64,000 nt of DNA from the NCBI GenBank assembly GCA_964291215.2, contig OZ219791.1, forward strand, positions 1,600,001 through 1,664,000. Reading direction: 5' to 3'. The notes beneath the pieces are model-generated. The model saw only the letters and a program-made list of their open reading frames with translations. It did no database searches and was not told the DNA's origin. Positions 43,620-54,703 of the stretch are shown in pieces. Position 1 is the stretch's first letter. Each line of letters begins with the position of its first letter. The DNA is from Alphaproteobacteria bacterium (GTDB taxonomy: Bacteria; Pseudomonadota; Alphaproteobacteria; MPNO01; UBA830). The position numbers were made by a program, and so were the translations under genes.

Positions 43620-46028
43620 CTAGCGCTACCATGTCCTGAAAAAGAGGGCTGGACATTGCCGATCGGGCGGTGTACGGTCCCTCGCCATGCGGACCCAATC
43701 GAACATTCTTCGGACGCTGCGCGGCGCGGAAGCGCGGTCCCGGGTGGCCGGGATCCTGTCGCGGGAGTCGTTTGCCAGCCGGCAGTCTCTGGGCCGCCGG
43801 GTGTGCGAGGAGTTTGCCTTTGTCGACGCCCTCGGCCGGTGGCAGGTTTCGGGATGCCTCAAGGCCCTGCGCACCCTGGCGGCGTCCTCGCCGGAGATCG
43901 TCCTGCCGCCGCCCCGGGTGCCGCCGCCGGACCGAACGCCGCGTCAGCTGGATGAGGCCGTTCCGGCGCCCGTCGGGGTGCCGGGGCGGGTGTCGGAGAT
44001 CGAAGGGCTGGAGGTGTTTCCGGTGACGACGGTGGTGCAGCGCACGGTGTGGAACACGCTGATCGCGCGCGAGCATCCGCACGGCCTGACGACCTTCGCG
44101 GGCCATCAGGTGCGCTATTTGGTGACCTCGGGACACGGAATCCTGGGCGCGGCCGGGTTCTCGGCCGCCGCCTTGCAGGTGCAGGCCCGGGACCGCTGGA
44201 TCGGGTGGAGTGCGCCGCAGCGCCGGGATCACCTCCACCGGGTGATCGGTCTCAGCCGCTTCCTGATCCGTCCGGCGGTCCGCTGTCCCCACCTCGCCAG
44301 CCAAGTGCTGGGCCGTCTGTTGCGACGGCTGCCCGCGGATTTCGAGGCCCGCTACGGCCTGCGGGTGTGGCTGGTGGAAAGCTATGCGGATGCGGGCGTG
44401 CCGGGCACCTGCCTGCGGGCTGCCAATTTCGTGTGCGTGGGCGAGACGAAGGGGCGGGGCCGCCAGGACCGGTATCATCGCCGGGAGAAGACCGGGAAGA
44501 CGGTCTGGATGTACCCGTTGCACCGGCGTTGGCGCCGGGATCTCGGGGTGGCCGAAGTGGAGCGATGGCCGTCGCTCGAGCCCGGCGAAGGTCTCGGTGC
44601 ACGGGAGTGGGCCGCGAACGAGCTGGGAGGAGCACCCTTGGGGGATCGGCGACGGGCGGCGCGACTGGTGAAGAGCGCTTCGCTGCTGGCGGAGTATCCG
44701 GGGCAGAAGATCCAGGCCCACCCGGACAGCAGCCGTACGGTCATCAGTGCCTTCTACCGGTTGATCGAGCAACCGGTGGACAGCGCCATCACGGTGGACA
44801 ACATCCTGGCGCCTCACCGGGAGCGTACCCTCCAGCGCATCCGGGGGCAGCGGACGGTGCTGGCGATCGAGGACGGGAGCGATCTGAACTTTGCGCGGCG
44901 TCCGGGGTGTGACGGTCTGCAGGTCATCGGCACGAACCAGACCCGTGCCTCGACCCTGCACGCCACGCTGGCGGTGACCGACACCGGCCTGCCCCTGGGG
45001 GTGCTGCGGTTGGGGTTCGACCCGAAGCATGCGAAGACCGTCGCCGCCGGGACGAAAAGCCGGCGATGGCTCCACGGATTCACGGATACCGTCGACGCCG
45101 TCCGGGAAGTCGGCGGCAAGACCCGCGTGATCATGGTCTGCGATCGGGAGGCGGATTTCTTCGAACTGTTCGATCTCCAGCGCCAGCACCCGCGGGTCGA
45201 GGTGCTGGTACGGGCCCGGCACGATCGGGTCCTGGGGCCCCACCGCCCGAAGCTGTTCGCTGCCATGCAAGCCGGCCCGTCCGACGATCAGATCGAGATC
45301 GAGATCGACGGCCTGACCGAACGCCGGAAATCGCGCGGGAAACCGGCCCGGCGCAAGCGTGTGGCCAACTGCGAACTCCGACATCGTCGCCTGACCCTGC
45401 CGTCGACCCTGGAGGGCAAGGATCCGGTGTCCGTCTCGACGGTCCATCTGGTCGAAACCCACCCGCCCGAGGGCGAGAATCCGGTGCAGTGGTTCCTGCT
45501 CACCACGCTCCCGGTGCGCACCGGGCCGCAAGCCGCCGAGGTGGTCGGCCACTATCTCCAGCGCTGGAAGATCGAGGATTTCTTCCGCGTCCTGAAATCC
45601 GGCTGCCAGGTGCAGTCCCTGCTGTTCCGCAAGGCCGAACGCCTACAACGGGTCACCGCCATCCATGCCGTGATCGCCTGGCGCATCATGGTCCTGACCC
45701 TGCTCGGACGACAGGTCCCGGACTGTGAACCCGCGCTGATGTTCACCGATCCGGAACTGGCCTTCCTCCGCGACTACGCGCGCGAGCAGGCCATGCCGGC
45801 TCCCGACACCCTCGGCGGCGCCGTGCGTCTGGTCGCCCATCTCGGAGGGTATCGGGACCGCAAGCACGACCCTGAACCCGGATACCAGATCATGTGGCAC
45901 GGCTCCAACCGGCTGAGCGGCGCCACCCTCGGTCATCGAATCGGCTTCCAGGCCGGCCAGCGGCAGGCCCTGGTCCGGGATCGGGCTCCCCTGGTTCAGC
46001 CATAATTGTCATGCCTCGGTAGGGCTAG
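43620..46028 (+). mobile_element. IS4-family element
   Basis: Imperfect TIRs ctagcgctacc...tga / ctagccctacc...tga enclosing one long ORF. Confidence 0.75.
43687..46005 (+). CDS. DUF4338 (DruA-like)-IS4/Tn5-type transposase fusion
   Basis: N-half: WN.LI..EH, RDRWIGW, RFLIRP, GTCLRAANF..VGETKGRGRQD; C-half: LGDRR, AFYR, EDGSDLNF, CDREAD, Y..RW.IE.FFRVLKSGC. Confidence 0.85.
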   Translation: MRTQSNILRTLRGAEARSRVAGILSRESFASRQSLGRRVCEEFAFVDALGRWQVSGCLKALRTLAASSPEIVLPPPRVPPPDRTPRQLDEAVPAPVGVPGRVSEIEGLEVFPVTTVVQRTVWNTLIAREHPHGLTTFAGHQVRYLVTSGHGILGAAGFSAAALQVQARDRWIGWSAPQRRDHLHRVIGLSRFLIRPAVRCPHLASQVLGRLLRRLPADFEARYGLRVWLVESYADAGVPGTCLRAANFVCVGETKGRGRQDRYHRREKTGKTVWMYPLHRRWRRDLGVAEVERWPSLEPGEGLGAREWAANELGGAPLGDRRRAARLVKSASLLAEYPGQKIQAHPDSSRTVISAFYRLIEQPVDSAITVDNILAPHRERTLQRIRGQRTVLAIEDGSDLNFARRPGCDGLQVIGTNQTRASTLHATLAVTDTGLPLGVLRLGFDPKHAKTVAAGTKSRRWLHGFTDTVDAVREVGGKTRVIMVCDREADFFELFDLQRQHPRVEVLVRARHDRVLGPHRPKLFAAMQAGPSDDQIEIEIDGLTERRKSRGKPARRKRVANCELRHRRLTLPSTLEGKDPVSVSTVHLVETHPPEGENPVQWFLLTTLPVRTGPQAAEVVGHYLQRWKIEDFFRVLKSGCQVQSLLFRKAERLQRVTAIHAVIAWRIMVLTLLGRQVPDCEPALMFTDPELAFLRDYAREQAMPAPDTLGGAVRLVAHLGGYRDRKHDPEPGYQIMWHGSNRLSGATLGHRIGFQAGQRQALVRDRAPLVQP

Positions 46029-46626
46029 TAGTCCACCGACATTGTATTGATGGTTTTTGGTGGGTAGTATTTCCGTGTCGGCGTTCGTTGGAATCCGGGC
46101 AGTGCCGATATCCACACGGGCAAGATGCCGAATAGGCAGGCAGCCCCATGCGCAGGTCCGGACAACGGGCATGTCCGCAGGTCTTCGGGGCAATGACAGG
46201 AGCGGCGCATATGGCCAACTCTCCTCAGGGCAGGAAGCTCTACCGGGTGACCCTTTCGGCGCAGGAGCGCCGGGATCTGAAGGCGATCGGGCATCGGGGG
46301 CGCCGGGGCCGCCTGGCACAGGTCCTGATGCTGAGGGGCGCTTGTCGATGCCGACATTGCGCAAGGGCTGGGCATCGGCACGGCGACGGTCGAGCGCTTG
46401 CGCAAGCGCTGCGTCCTGGAGGGACTGGAGGCCGCCCTCAGCCGCAAGGAGCAGGTGAACCGTCGGCCGAAACGGCTGGACGGGGCGATGGAGGCGAAGC
46501 TGGTCGCCCTGCTCGTCCCCGCCCGAGGGCTGTGGGCGCTGCTCGCCGGCCGTCTGGTGGAGATGGAGATCGTCGAGCGCATTTCGGAAGAGACGGTCAG
46601 GAATACGTGTATTACACCTTGGTGAC
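46029..46626 (+). mobile_element. IS630-family remnant(s), HTH part only
   Basis: YRVTLSAQER, ERLRKRCVLEGLEAAL, LDGAMEAKLVAL, ISEETVR; the two ends may derive from different elements. Confidence 0.7.
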
Positions 46627-48575
46627 TATGCGATTTGTGGTTCTTTCCCCGCGCGGAAATAATGCCATCCGACAAACAGGAAACTCGCCGCGAACGCCGG
46701 CCAGTGAAATACCGGATCAAGGTGGAGCACGAAGAACGCCAGGATCAGGCGTCCGCCGATCTCCCAAATTGCCAGGTGACGCTTATCGAAACCGAGGGTC
46801 GCGCTGGAAACCAGGTAAATCACCAGCAGGAGCCGTATGAGGGCCGAGGCGAAGTCGGGGATATTGAACTCGACGCCACTCTCCTCCACCAGCAGCAGCA
46901 CCGGGTAATAGGCGAAGGCAAAGGGAACGATGAACTTCACCATGCCGACCCGCAGCGCATAGATCGCGGTCTTGAGAGGGGGCGATTCGGCAATCGACGC
47001 CGCGGCGTAGGCCGCCACGGCCACCGGCGGCACGATCGACGACGCAACGCCGTAATAAAGAACGAACAAGTGGGAGACTAGGGGCGTCAGGCCAAGGTTC
47101 TGGAACGACGGCCCCATGATCAGAATGATGCTGAGATAGGCGGGTACCGTGGGCATGCCCATGGCCAGCATCAACGAGGCAAACGCAGCAATGAACAGGA
47201 CGCTAAAGAGGTTGTCGTCGGCGAGGTCGTTGATTACCTGAGCAAAGTCATTGGGCAGTCCGGTCGCGCCCAAAACCGCGACAATCACCCCAACCACGCC
47301 GATGGCCATCAGCAATTCGCTGTAGGTCTGGCCGCCGCGGCTCAGGGCGGTCAGGATTAATGTCGGTTTCCTGCGAATATCCGGATTGAGAAAACTGAGC
47401 GGGATCAGCATGGCCAAGGCGAACATGCCTGCGCCGGCGGCGGAGAATCCCATGACCAGCGTCGCGACCACCACGGTAATGGGCACGAACACCATGATCA
47501 GGTTCAGATAGTCCTGCGGTTTGACGGCCATGTTGGGATCCATGTCCGGGACGGCCTCGATCCCCAGGCGCCGGGCTTCGAAGACCACCGCGACGAACAA
47601 GCTGGAATAATAGGCAAGCGCTGGCACGATCGCGGCAACGATGATGGTGAGGTACGAGATGCCGGTAAGGTCGGCCATCACCAACGCGGCCGCGCCCATG
47701 ATCGGCGGCATGATCTGGCCGGCGCTGGAAGCGGTTGCCTCGACACCGCCGGCGAAGGCCGGATCGAAGCCCCGCCGCTTGATGATCGGGATGGTGATGA
47801 CGCCCGTGGCAACGACATTGGTCACCGATCCGCCGGTAACCGTGCCGAACAGCCCGGAGGCGGCAATGGCCGCATGGGCCGGGCCGCCCCGGAAGTTACG
47901 GGTCAACAGGAAGGCGATCTTGATGAGCGACCGGCCGCCGCCCGTTTGCTGCAGGGTGACCCCCAGCAGGACAAAGGGCAGGACGGTGAATATGAGGATG
48001 CCCATGAGATTGCCGAGCACCCCGTCATTGAGGTTGAACCAAATGTCTTCGGCGGAATCGATGAACTCCACCTGTGCGGTCTCGAAAATCCACGGCCAGT
48101 GCTGGCCGGTGTAAAAATAGAAGATGATCAGCATGCCGAATACGGACAGGGCGGCGCCCCAGACCCGCCAACAAAGGATGATGAATATGGCGCAGCCGGT
48201 CAGGGCGATGATCGGATGAACGATGGAGAGAACGAACAGCCCGTCAATCAACTCGAGGGCGACGATGTGATAGACCCACAGCACCCACGCAGCGGCAACC
48301 GCCAATGCCGCGTCCGCCAGCCAGGCCACGGATTTTATGGCCGGGAGTCGGCGTGAAACAGGCTCCGATACCGGATACCGGATAAGCACGACAATGATGG
48401 CGGAAAAAACGATCAGCGGCCGGATATACTCACTCGGGAATGGACCGATACTGGGGACGATCCAGAAGCTCGGCGCGGAATTGACGATTCCGGTGAAGGC
48501 GATGACGAGGGCCGCCAAACCGGCAAACCTGTTCAGGAGTCGGCGCGCGTTCGACTGCTCGGATTCCGTCGGCAT
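46626..48575 (-). CDS. TAXI-TRAP transporter fused 4TM/12TM permease
   Basis: GGPAHAA, NVVATG, EATASSAGQIMPPIMGAAA, GMPTVPAY, PPVA. Confidence 0.92.
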   Translation of the reverse strand: MPTESEQSNARRLLNRFAGLAALVIAFTGIVNSAPSFWIVPSIGPFPSEYIRPLIVFSAIIVVLIRYPVSEPVSRRLPAIKSVAWLADAALAVAAAWVLWVYHIVALELIDGLFVLSIVHPIIALTGCAIFIILCWRVWGAALSVFGMLIIFYFYTGQHWPWIFETAQVEFIDSAEDIWFNLNDGVLGNLMGILIFTVLPFVLLGVTLQQTGGGRSLIKIAFLLTRNFRGGPAHAAIAASGLFGTVTGGSVTNVVATGVITIPIIKRRGFDPAFAGGVEATASSAGQIMPPIMGAAALVMADLTGISYLTIIVAAIVPALAYYSSLFVAVVFEARRLGIEAVPDMDPNMAVKPQDYLNLIMVFVPITVVVATLVMGFSAAGAGMFALAMLIPLSFLNPDIRRKPTLILTALSRGGQTYSELLMAIGVVGVIVAVLGATGLPNDFAQVINDLADDNLFSVLFIAAFASLMLAMGMPTVPAYLSIILIMGPSFQNLGLTPLVSHLFVLYYGVASSIVPPVAVAAYAAASIAESPPLKTAIYALRVGMVKFIVPFAFAYYPVLLLVEESGVEFNIPDFASALIRLLLVIYLVSSATLGFDKRHLAIWEIGGRLILAFFVLHLDPVFHWPAFAASFLFVGWHYFRAGKEPQIA

Positions 48576-48603
48576 TGTATTCCCCCATCAACCGAACTGG
48601 CGA

Positions 48604-48633
48604 CCTACCGGCCCCACGTACGGGGCCGGTAGG
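48604..48633. terminator. Stem-loop between TAXI binding protein and permease
   Basis: cctaccggcccc-acgtac-ggggccggtagg perfect 12-bp stem; no U-tract. Confidence 0.55.
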
Positions 48634-48657
48634 CGGCGGCATCGACCGACGGGTTGG

Positions 48658-49692
48658 TTAAGAGTTCGGGGGAAGGAGACGCTCCGGAATCTTTGTCCCG
48701 ATCTCCCGGTAATACTTCGCGGCCCCCGAATGGAGCCTCACATTCGAGCCGATGAAAGGCCGTTTCGGATCGACGCTCTTCAGTGTCACGGCGGTTTGCT
48801 GCATTTCACCCAAGTTTTCCCAGATGGCCTTGGTCATCTTGTAGACCATGTCTTCCGGAAGACTCGCCGCGACGCCCAGGTTGAACGTGCCGCCCGTCGT
48901 GACGACTTTCTTGTCGTTGTCAACCTGCGACTTATAGGTTCCCGGCGGAATTTCGAGGACAAACCGGTGGGGCGGAGCCGTGAATTTCTTCAAGCCTTCG
49001 GGATTTCCGGTCCGAGCATCGAGAATCCGGAATTTTTTCTTCAGCCCGATCTGTTCAACCGCGGCGGCGCCAAGTCCGGCGGGCCGGAAAAAGACATCCA
49101 GCTTGCCGTCCAGCATGGCCTGGAGACCGGAGCCCCAAGGCATCTTGATGGCTTTGTAGTCTTTGTTCGGCTCATATCCGGTCAGCGAACGGATGTAGTT
49201 CTGGGAGTTCACCGACGCACTACCGGACGGCGGCCCGACGAACACCCGCTTGCCCTTGATATCCTTGAAGCCCTTGATCCCGGAATCCTCAAACGTAAGC
49301 GGATGATTCGTTACGGCGAGCCACCCCAGAATGGAGCGTACTTCCTTTGACGCGGCGATCGCTTCCTTCTTGAACTTCTTGGCGTACATCCGGGAGCCTT
49401 TCTGAAGGTAACCGGCGACCGCCGTCGGCAGCGGCATAACCTCGAGCTTGCCGCTTCCCAGCTTCAGGGCCGACCGGGTCAAGGTCTGGCTGTCATTCAC
49501 CTGAACCGAGATACCCGCCTCGCGCTTCCAGATCTTGCTGGCGACGATAATCATGGTGTGACCGGGCGCCCCCTGTGCGTCCGTATCAGATCGTAAAATC
49601 TTGCCCTGCGCCTGAACGGCGGTCGGCGCGGAGATCAGCATGCCGGTGAGCAGCAGACCTCCGATAAAGCCTCTCTTTGTCAAATCTCGCAT
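48658..49692 (-). CDS. TAXI-family TRAP substrate-binding protein
   Basis: Signal peptide; DIKGKRV.VGPPSG, VYKMTKAIW, LHSGAAKYYRE. Confidence 0.9.
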   Translation of the reverse strand: MRDLTKRGFIGGLLLTGMLISAPTAVQAQGKILRSDTDAQGAPGHTMIIVASKIWKREAGISVQVNDSQTLTRSALKLGSGKLEVMPLPTAVAGYLQKGSRMYAKKFKKEAIAASKEVRSILGWLAVTNHPLTFEDSGIKGFKDIKGKRVFVGPPSGSASVNSQNYIRSLTGYEPNKDYKAIKMPWGSGLQAMLDGKLDVFFRPAGLGAAAVEQIGLKKKFRILDARTGNPEGLKKFTAPPHRFVLEIPPGTYKSQVDNDKKVVTTGGTFNLGVAASLPEDMVYKMTKAIWENLGEMQQTAVTLKSVDPKRPFIGSNVRLHSGAAKYYREIGTKIPERLLPPNS

Positions 49693-49947
49693 TGCACTCT
49701 CCTGTTAAGTTCGATTTTTCAATTTCCCGGGTCGCCGGTCTCGTCTCCGTGATCCGCAACGCACGAAAGGCACGCGTCCGATCATTCGATATTCGTCCCC
49801 TACGGAGTTGAAGAGTACGGTCACGGCAATTCGGCGTCCAATACCGATTACGCACTCTCACCATAACCAGGAGTTATTACGCCCTTCATCGGAAGGAAAA
49901 ATTTCGCTAAGATGGTTCACAATTATAACAATGAGTTATGGAGGACG

Positions 49948-50871
49948 ATGGCATACCAGGGTATCGACAGGCTTGTCGCCCACTTCCTGGCGGTTGCCGA
50001 CGAGGGCGGGGTAACCAGGGCCGCGGCCGAGCTCAATATTTCTCAGCCGGCTCTTTCTCGCAGCATCCGGATGCTTGAAGATCGCATCGGGGTTCCCCTC
50101 TTCCATCGCCGGTCCTTCGGCGTCGAGTTGACCGCGTACGGCCGGCTGCTTGCCCGCCGGGCGCGCGCCATGCAACTCGAGTATGAGCACGCGCTCACCG
50201 AGATCGACGCGCTGCTGCACGGGCGGGAGGGAATTATCCGGATCGGCGCCATTCCGGCGTGGGAAACCATCTACATCCCGCGGGCGCTCACCGCGGCCCG
50301 GGACAAACTGGAAGGCATAAACTTCACGGTCGTCGGCGGGGCCACCCGCCCCCTGCTCGCCCAGTTGCGGGAGGGCGCGATAGATTTGGCCTGCATCGCC
50401 CTGGAGGAACTGACCCCGCCGGACATCGTCACCGAGGTCCTGATGGACATGGAGCGGGTTGTCGTCAGCAGCGCGGCCCACCCTTTGGCCCGACAGAAGA
50501 CCGTCACTGCGGAGGATTTGCTGAAATATCCGTGGAGCCAACTCAAGGGCGACGAGATTACGCTATCGAGGCTAGGCGGCTACTTTTCCGCCTACGGACT
50601 GGAGCCGCCGAACATCGAACTGGAATGTGAGTCCAACTCTTCCCTGATTTCGATCATGAAGACATCCGAAATCATCAGCACCGCTCCCAAGCCCTTTGCC
50701 GAGCACAGGTGCTCCGAAGAGTTGACCATCCTGCCGATTCAGGGATCGCTCTGGCACTACAAGACCGGCATTGCCTACCGGCGGGAAACCTCGCCGCCGG
50801 CGTTTTTGATGTCGTTTATTTCCCACCTCCGCTCTTCCCTTTCGGATGACGCAAATGCCGCGGCCCCATAA
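49948..50871 (+). CDS. LysR-type transcriptional regulator
   Basis: VTRAAAELNISQPALSRSIRMLE...LF HTH; ggagg RBS. Confidence 0.93.
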   Translation: MAYQGIDRLVAHFLAVADEGGVTRAAAELNISQPALSRSIRMLEDRIGVPLFHRRSFGVELTAYGRLLARRARAMQLEYEHALTEIDALLHGREGIIRIGAIPAWETIYIPRALTAARDKLEGINFTVVGGATRPLLAQLREGAIDLACIALEELTPPDIVTEVLMDMERVVVSSAAHPLARQKTVTAEDLLKYPWSQLKGDEITLSRLGGYFSAYGLEPPNIELECESNSSLISIMKTSEIISTAPKPFAEHRCSEELTILPIQGSLWHYKTGIAYRRETSPPAFLMSFISHLRSSLSDDANAAAP

Positions 50872-51007
50872 GATTATCGCATGGCCTCAAGCCTAATGGG
50901 CATTAGACGGGCATGGACAATTCATGACTGAATAGCCGCGAGACTGTCCCGCCGGCCGCGCCGGGGCAAACGAGAGAGCCCGGCGTTCCGGGAACAACGG
51001 AGGAAAT

Positions 51008-51841
51008 ATGGCCATCAACCAGTATTACGCCGTCCCCGAATTGGAGGAGTACAGCGAGCGGTTTAAGGACTTTTTTCAGTTCAAGCGCGAGAACGGCATC
51101 CTCGAGGTCAAGATGCACACCAACGGCGGGCCGGTGAAATGGAGCTATCAGTTCCATCATGCGCTCGCCGAGCTTTGGACCGTCATCGGCCACGATAAGG
51201 AAAACGAGGTCCTGCTCCTCACCTCGACGGACCCATACTGGATCTACGAATGGGATACGGCGTCGTTCAAGGAGGTCGAGCAATCGCCCGATGACGATCA
51301 GCGCTATGACGTGCAGATCTACGACACGCTGAAAATCGTCGAGAACTTCGTCAACGACATCGAGATTCCGACCATTGCCGCTATCAACGGGCGGGGCATT
51401 CATTGGGAAATGGCGCTGATGAGCGACATCACCCTTTGCACCCCCGACTTCATCCTGCGGGACGGGCATTTCAGCATGGACAGCGGCCATGTCCCCGGCG
51501 ACGGCATGGGGCTGTGCCTGCAGCAGGTTCTCGGGATCAAGCGCGGCAATTACATGATGCTGACCAGCGGCAGCATGGATGCCGGGGAGTGCTTCGAACT
51601 CGGGGTCGTCAACGAGGTGGTGGAGCGGGACGACATCGTCGACCGCGCCTGGGAGCTTGCGCGCGACATCATGAAGAAGAGCCGGTCGGCCCGGCGGATG
51701 GCCCATTATATCTGTGTGCGGCCGTGGAAAGCGGTTCTCGAACGGGATTTCCGCATTCACGTGATCTCTGAGATGTATTCGTTCAACCTGTCCGCTTCCG
51801 AGCACGACTTCGGGCACCTCAAACACAAAGACGGCGATTGA
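51008..51841 (+). CDS. Crotonase-fold enzyme, 6-oxocamphor/beta-diketone hydrolase-like
   Basis: GILEV.MHTNGGP, PTIAAING..IH.E, DGHF and VPGDG motifs. Confidence 0.78.
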   Translation: MAINQYYAVPELEEYSERFKDFFQFKRENGILEVKMHTNGGPVKWSYQFHHALAELWTVIGHDKENEVLLLTSTDPYWIYEWDTASFKEVEQSPDDDQRYDVQIYDTLKIVENFVNDIEIPTIAAINGRGIHWEMALMSDITLCTPDFILRDGHFSMDSGHVPGDGMGLCLQQVLGIKRGNYMMLTSGSMDAGECFELGVVNEVVERDDIVDRAWELARDIMKKSRSARRMAHYICVRPWKAVLERDFRIHVISEMYSFNLSASEHDFGHLKHKDGD

Positions 51842-51860
51842 GGACGGACGGCGCTCGCCG

Positions 51861-52649
51861 ATGGCACAACTCACCGCACCATCTGCTCTCTTCGATCTTC
51901 GGGACAAGTCGGCCCTGATATCCGGGGCCTCGGGCGCCCTCGGCGAAGCCGCCGCGCGGGCGCTGGCTGGGGCCGGGGCGCACGTGACGCTCGCCGGCGG
52001 AAACATGCCGAAGCTCGATGTGTTGGCCGAGGAAATCGCCGGCGCGGAGCAAAGCGTATCCACCGTCGAAGGACGGCCCGTGGATGAAGCGGCGGCCGAA
52101 AGGCTGGTCGCGGCTGCCGCCGAGCCGCGGGGCCTCGACATCGTCGCCGCCGCCTCCGGCTTCTCAATCGTCAAACCGATCCTGGAGATGACCCCCGACG
52201 AATTCGGCAGCGTCATGGATGCAAACGTCCGGCAAACCTGGCTCCTGTCCCGGGCGGCGGCGAAGCGCTTCGTCGAGCAGGGACGCGGCGGAAAGATGAT
52301 CCTGATTTCGTCGGTCCGCGGACAATTCGCCGCGCCAGGCGGCACCTCGGCCTACGGGACGTCCAAGGCGGCGATAAATTTGCTCACCCGGTCCCTGGCG
52401 GTCGAGCTCGGGCCCCACGGGGTTTGCGTGAATGCCATCGCGCCGACGGTATTTCGATCCGAGCTCACCGCCTGGCTGTTCGAGGACGAGAACGAAAAAG
52501 CCCGCGCCAAGGTGTTGCAGCGCATCCCCCTCGGCCGGTTGGGGGAACCCGGGGATTTCACCGGAATTTTCATGTTCCTCGCCTCCAGGGCGTCGGATTT
52601 CCTTACCGGCGAAATCATCAACTTGGACGGCGGTTTCTCCGCCAACTAG
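51861..52649 (+). CDS. SDR family oxidoreductase
   Basis: SGASGALG, YGTSK, VNAIAP, RIPLGR, DGG. Confidence 0.92.
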   Translation: MAQLTAPSALFDLRDKSALISGASGALGEAAARALAGAGAHVTLAGGNMPKLDVLAEEIAGAEQSVSTVEGRPVDEAAAERLVAAAAEPRGLDIVAAASGFSIVKPILEMTPDEFGSVMDANVRQTWLLSRAAAKRFVEQGRGGKMILISSVRGQFAAPGGTSAYGTSKAAINLLTRSLAVELGPHGVCVNAIAPTVFRSELTAWLFEDENEKARAKVLQRIPLGRLGEPGDFTGIFMFLASRASDFLTGEIINLDGGFSAN

Positions 52650-52815
52650 TTTAGTGTCCCGTAAATAAGTGTGATATATTCTCGGTCTCGCTCGTAACAG
52701 GAGACCTTTCGAGATGCCCCGCGGCCGCCAACTTTCCCCCTCTGGTGCCCACCGATGAGCAACATGAACACCTGACCGCTCTCTCCCGCTCCACCTCAAT
52801 GCCCCACGCCTTAGC

Positions 52816-54617
52816 CCGAAGTTCCGGAAAATTCCGGCTGAAATGCACGTCAAGTCATTGATGCAGCGTGGTTTTTCGGATTTTTCGTGCGTCAGAATGT
52901 ACCCATGTAATACGGTTTTGGGTGCTTGACATCCATGGATCTTGCGCCTATATGCAGTAGCCATGTATATCGAATCCGTCCCCAACCGCTCGTCCCCGCC
53001 CGCCATCCTGCTCCGCGAGTCCTAGCGCAAAGCCGGAGCAGTCAAGAAGCGCACCCTCGCCAACCTTTCCAAGCCCGCTCTCATCGAGGGATTGCGCATT
53101 CTGCTCAAGGGAGGAACCGCAGGTCTCGACGACGCCTCGTCCGCTCCCTGCCCCATGTGGCCGCGGTGCTGGGAACCCTGAAGAAACTGGGCCGGCGGAT
53201 CGACCCGAAGCCTTCTCCCGAGCGCGATCAGGTTCTCGCCATGATCGTGGCACGCATCCTCGAGCCCGCCTCGAAGCTGGCCAGGGGGATGGCCGAGGCC
53301 ACAGCGGTCAGCACTCTGGGCGAGCTCCTCGATGCGGAGATGGACGAGGACGCCCTCTACGGCGCCATGGATTGGCTCCTGGAACGTCAGGAGAGGATCG
53401 AGCGGTCCCTGGCGAAGCGGCACCTCGAAGAAGGCTGCCTGGTGCTGTATGACCTGACTTCCGTGTGGATGGAGGGGAGAGCGTGCCCCTTGGCCAGGCG
53501 AGGTCATTCCCGGGATGGCAAGAAGGGCAAGCTGCAGTCGGCCTTCTGTGCGACCGGGACGGGTGTCGGTGTTCCCCGGCAACACCCGGCGACGCTGTCC
53601 TCGCAGATCACCACGCTGCAGGAGCGGTTCTCCTTGGCGAAGGTGGTGCTGGTGGGGGATCGGGGGATGCTGACCGAGGCGCGCATCCGCGAGGAGGTGA
53701 AGCCTGCGGGCCAGCGCCTTGAGGGGCATCCGTTCCCTGGTGGAGGCCGGCGATGTCGAGATGTCGCTCTTCGACGAGAGGGACTTGGTGGAGATCACCA
53801 GCGATGCGTATCCCGGCGAGCGCCTCTGCCGCAACCCGCTGCTGGCCGAGGACCGGAAGCGCCAGGAACTGCTCGAGGCCACCGAGGCTCGCACCGATTG
53901 CCGCAGCGAGACCAGCGCCGGGCGCCGGGAAGATCGGGGAGCGGAAGGTCATCGGCAAGTACAAGATGGCGAAGCATTTCACGTGGTCCATCGACGACGA
54001 GGGGATCTTCACCTATGGGCGCGATGCGGCTGCCATCGCCGCCGAGGCCCAGCTCGACGGCCTCTACGTGATTCGCCTGCCGCAGAGCGAGCTCGACGGT
54101 CCCGGCACGGTGCGGACCTACAAGCGGTTGAGCTCCGTGGAACGGACCTTCCGCAGCCTCAAGACCGTGGACCTGAAGGTGCGCCCCGTCTACCACCGCC
54201 CCGAGTCCGCGCCCACGTCTTCCTGTGCATGCTCGCCTACTACGTCGAATGGCACATGCGCCAGAGACTGAAGTCCATGCTGTTCGACGACGAGGATGCC
54301 GAAGGCGCCCGGCGGCCGTCCGTCGTGGCGCCGGCAGAAGTCTCGGCGAGCGCCCGGGCCAAGGCGGCCACGAAAAGGACGCCCGGAGGGGGCACAGCTT
54401 CCGCACCCTCATCGGCGATCTTGCGACCATCACCCGCAACACCGTGGCACCCCGCCTTGCGGGCGCCGAACCCTTCCCGGTCACCACACGGCCCACGCCG
54501 CTCCAGAGAAGGGCTTTCAAGCTTCTGGGCGTGAAGCCATAGTGTACCCAGACCGCTGAAATGTATAGAATGTCATTTCTATCAGGCACTTACGTCTGAT
54601 CGGCTCTGGAACTTCAG
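52816..54617 (+). mobile_element. IS1634-family element (complete ends, degraded transposase)
   Basis: TIRs ccgaagttccgga/ctgaagttccaga; 6-bp TSD cttagc; LYDLTS, GHSRDGK, VGDRGM, VERTFRSLK. Confidence 0.9.
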
Positions 54618-54703
54618 CTTAGCGTGCACGCATCGTGCTGCGCCCGGGGACAGACCAATTCGGCAGCTCAACGTTTCGCTGTCGGCAGTGGGCAAATGGC
54701 GGC

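Noticed and set aside
43687-44560. Druantia anti-phage system
   Set aside because: Only the DUF4338 domain is present, fused to a transposase; no DruE helicase or other dru genes.
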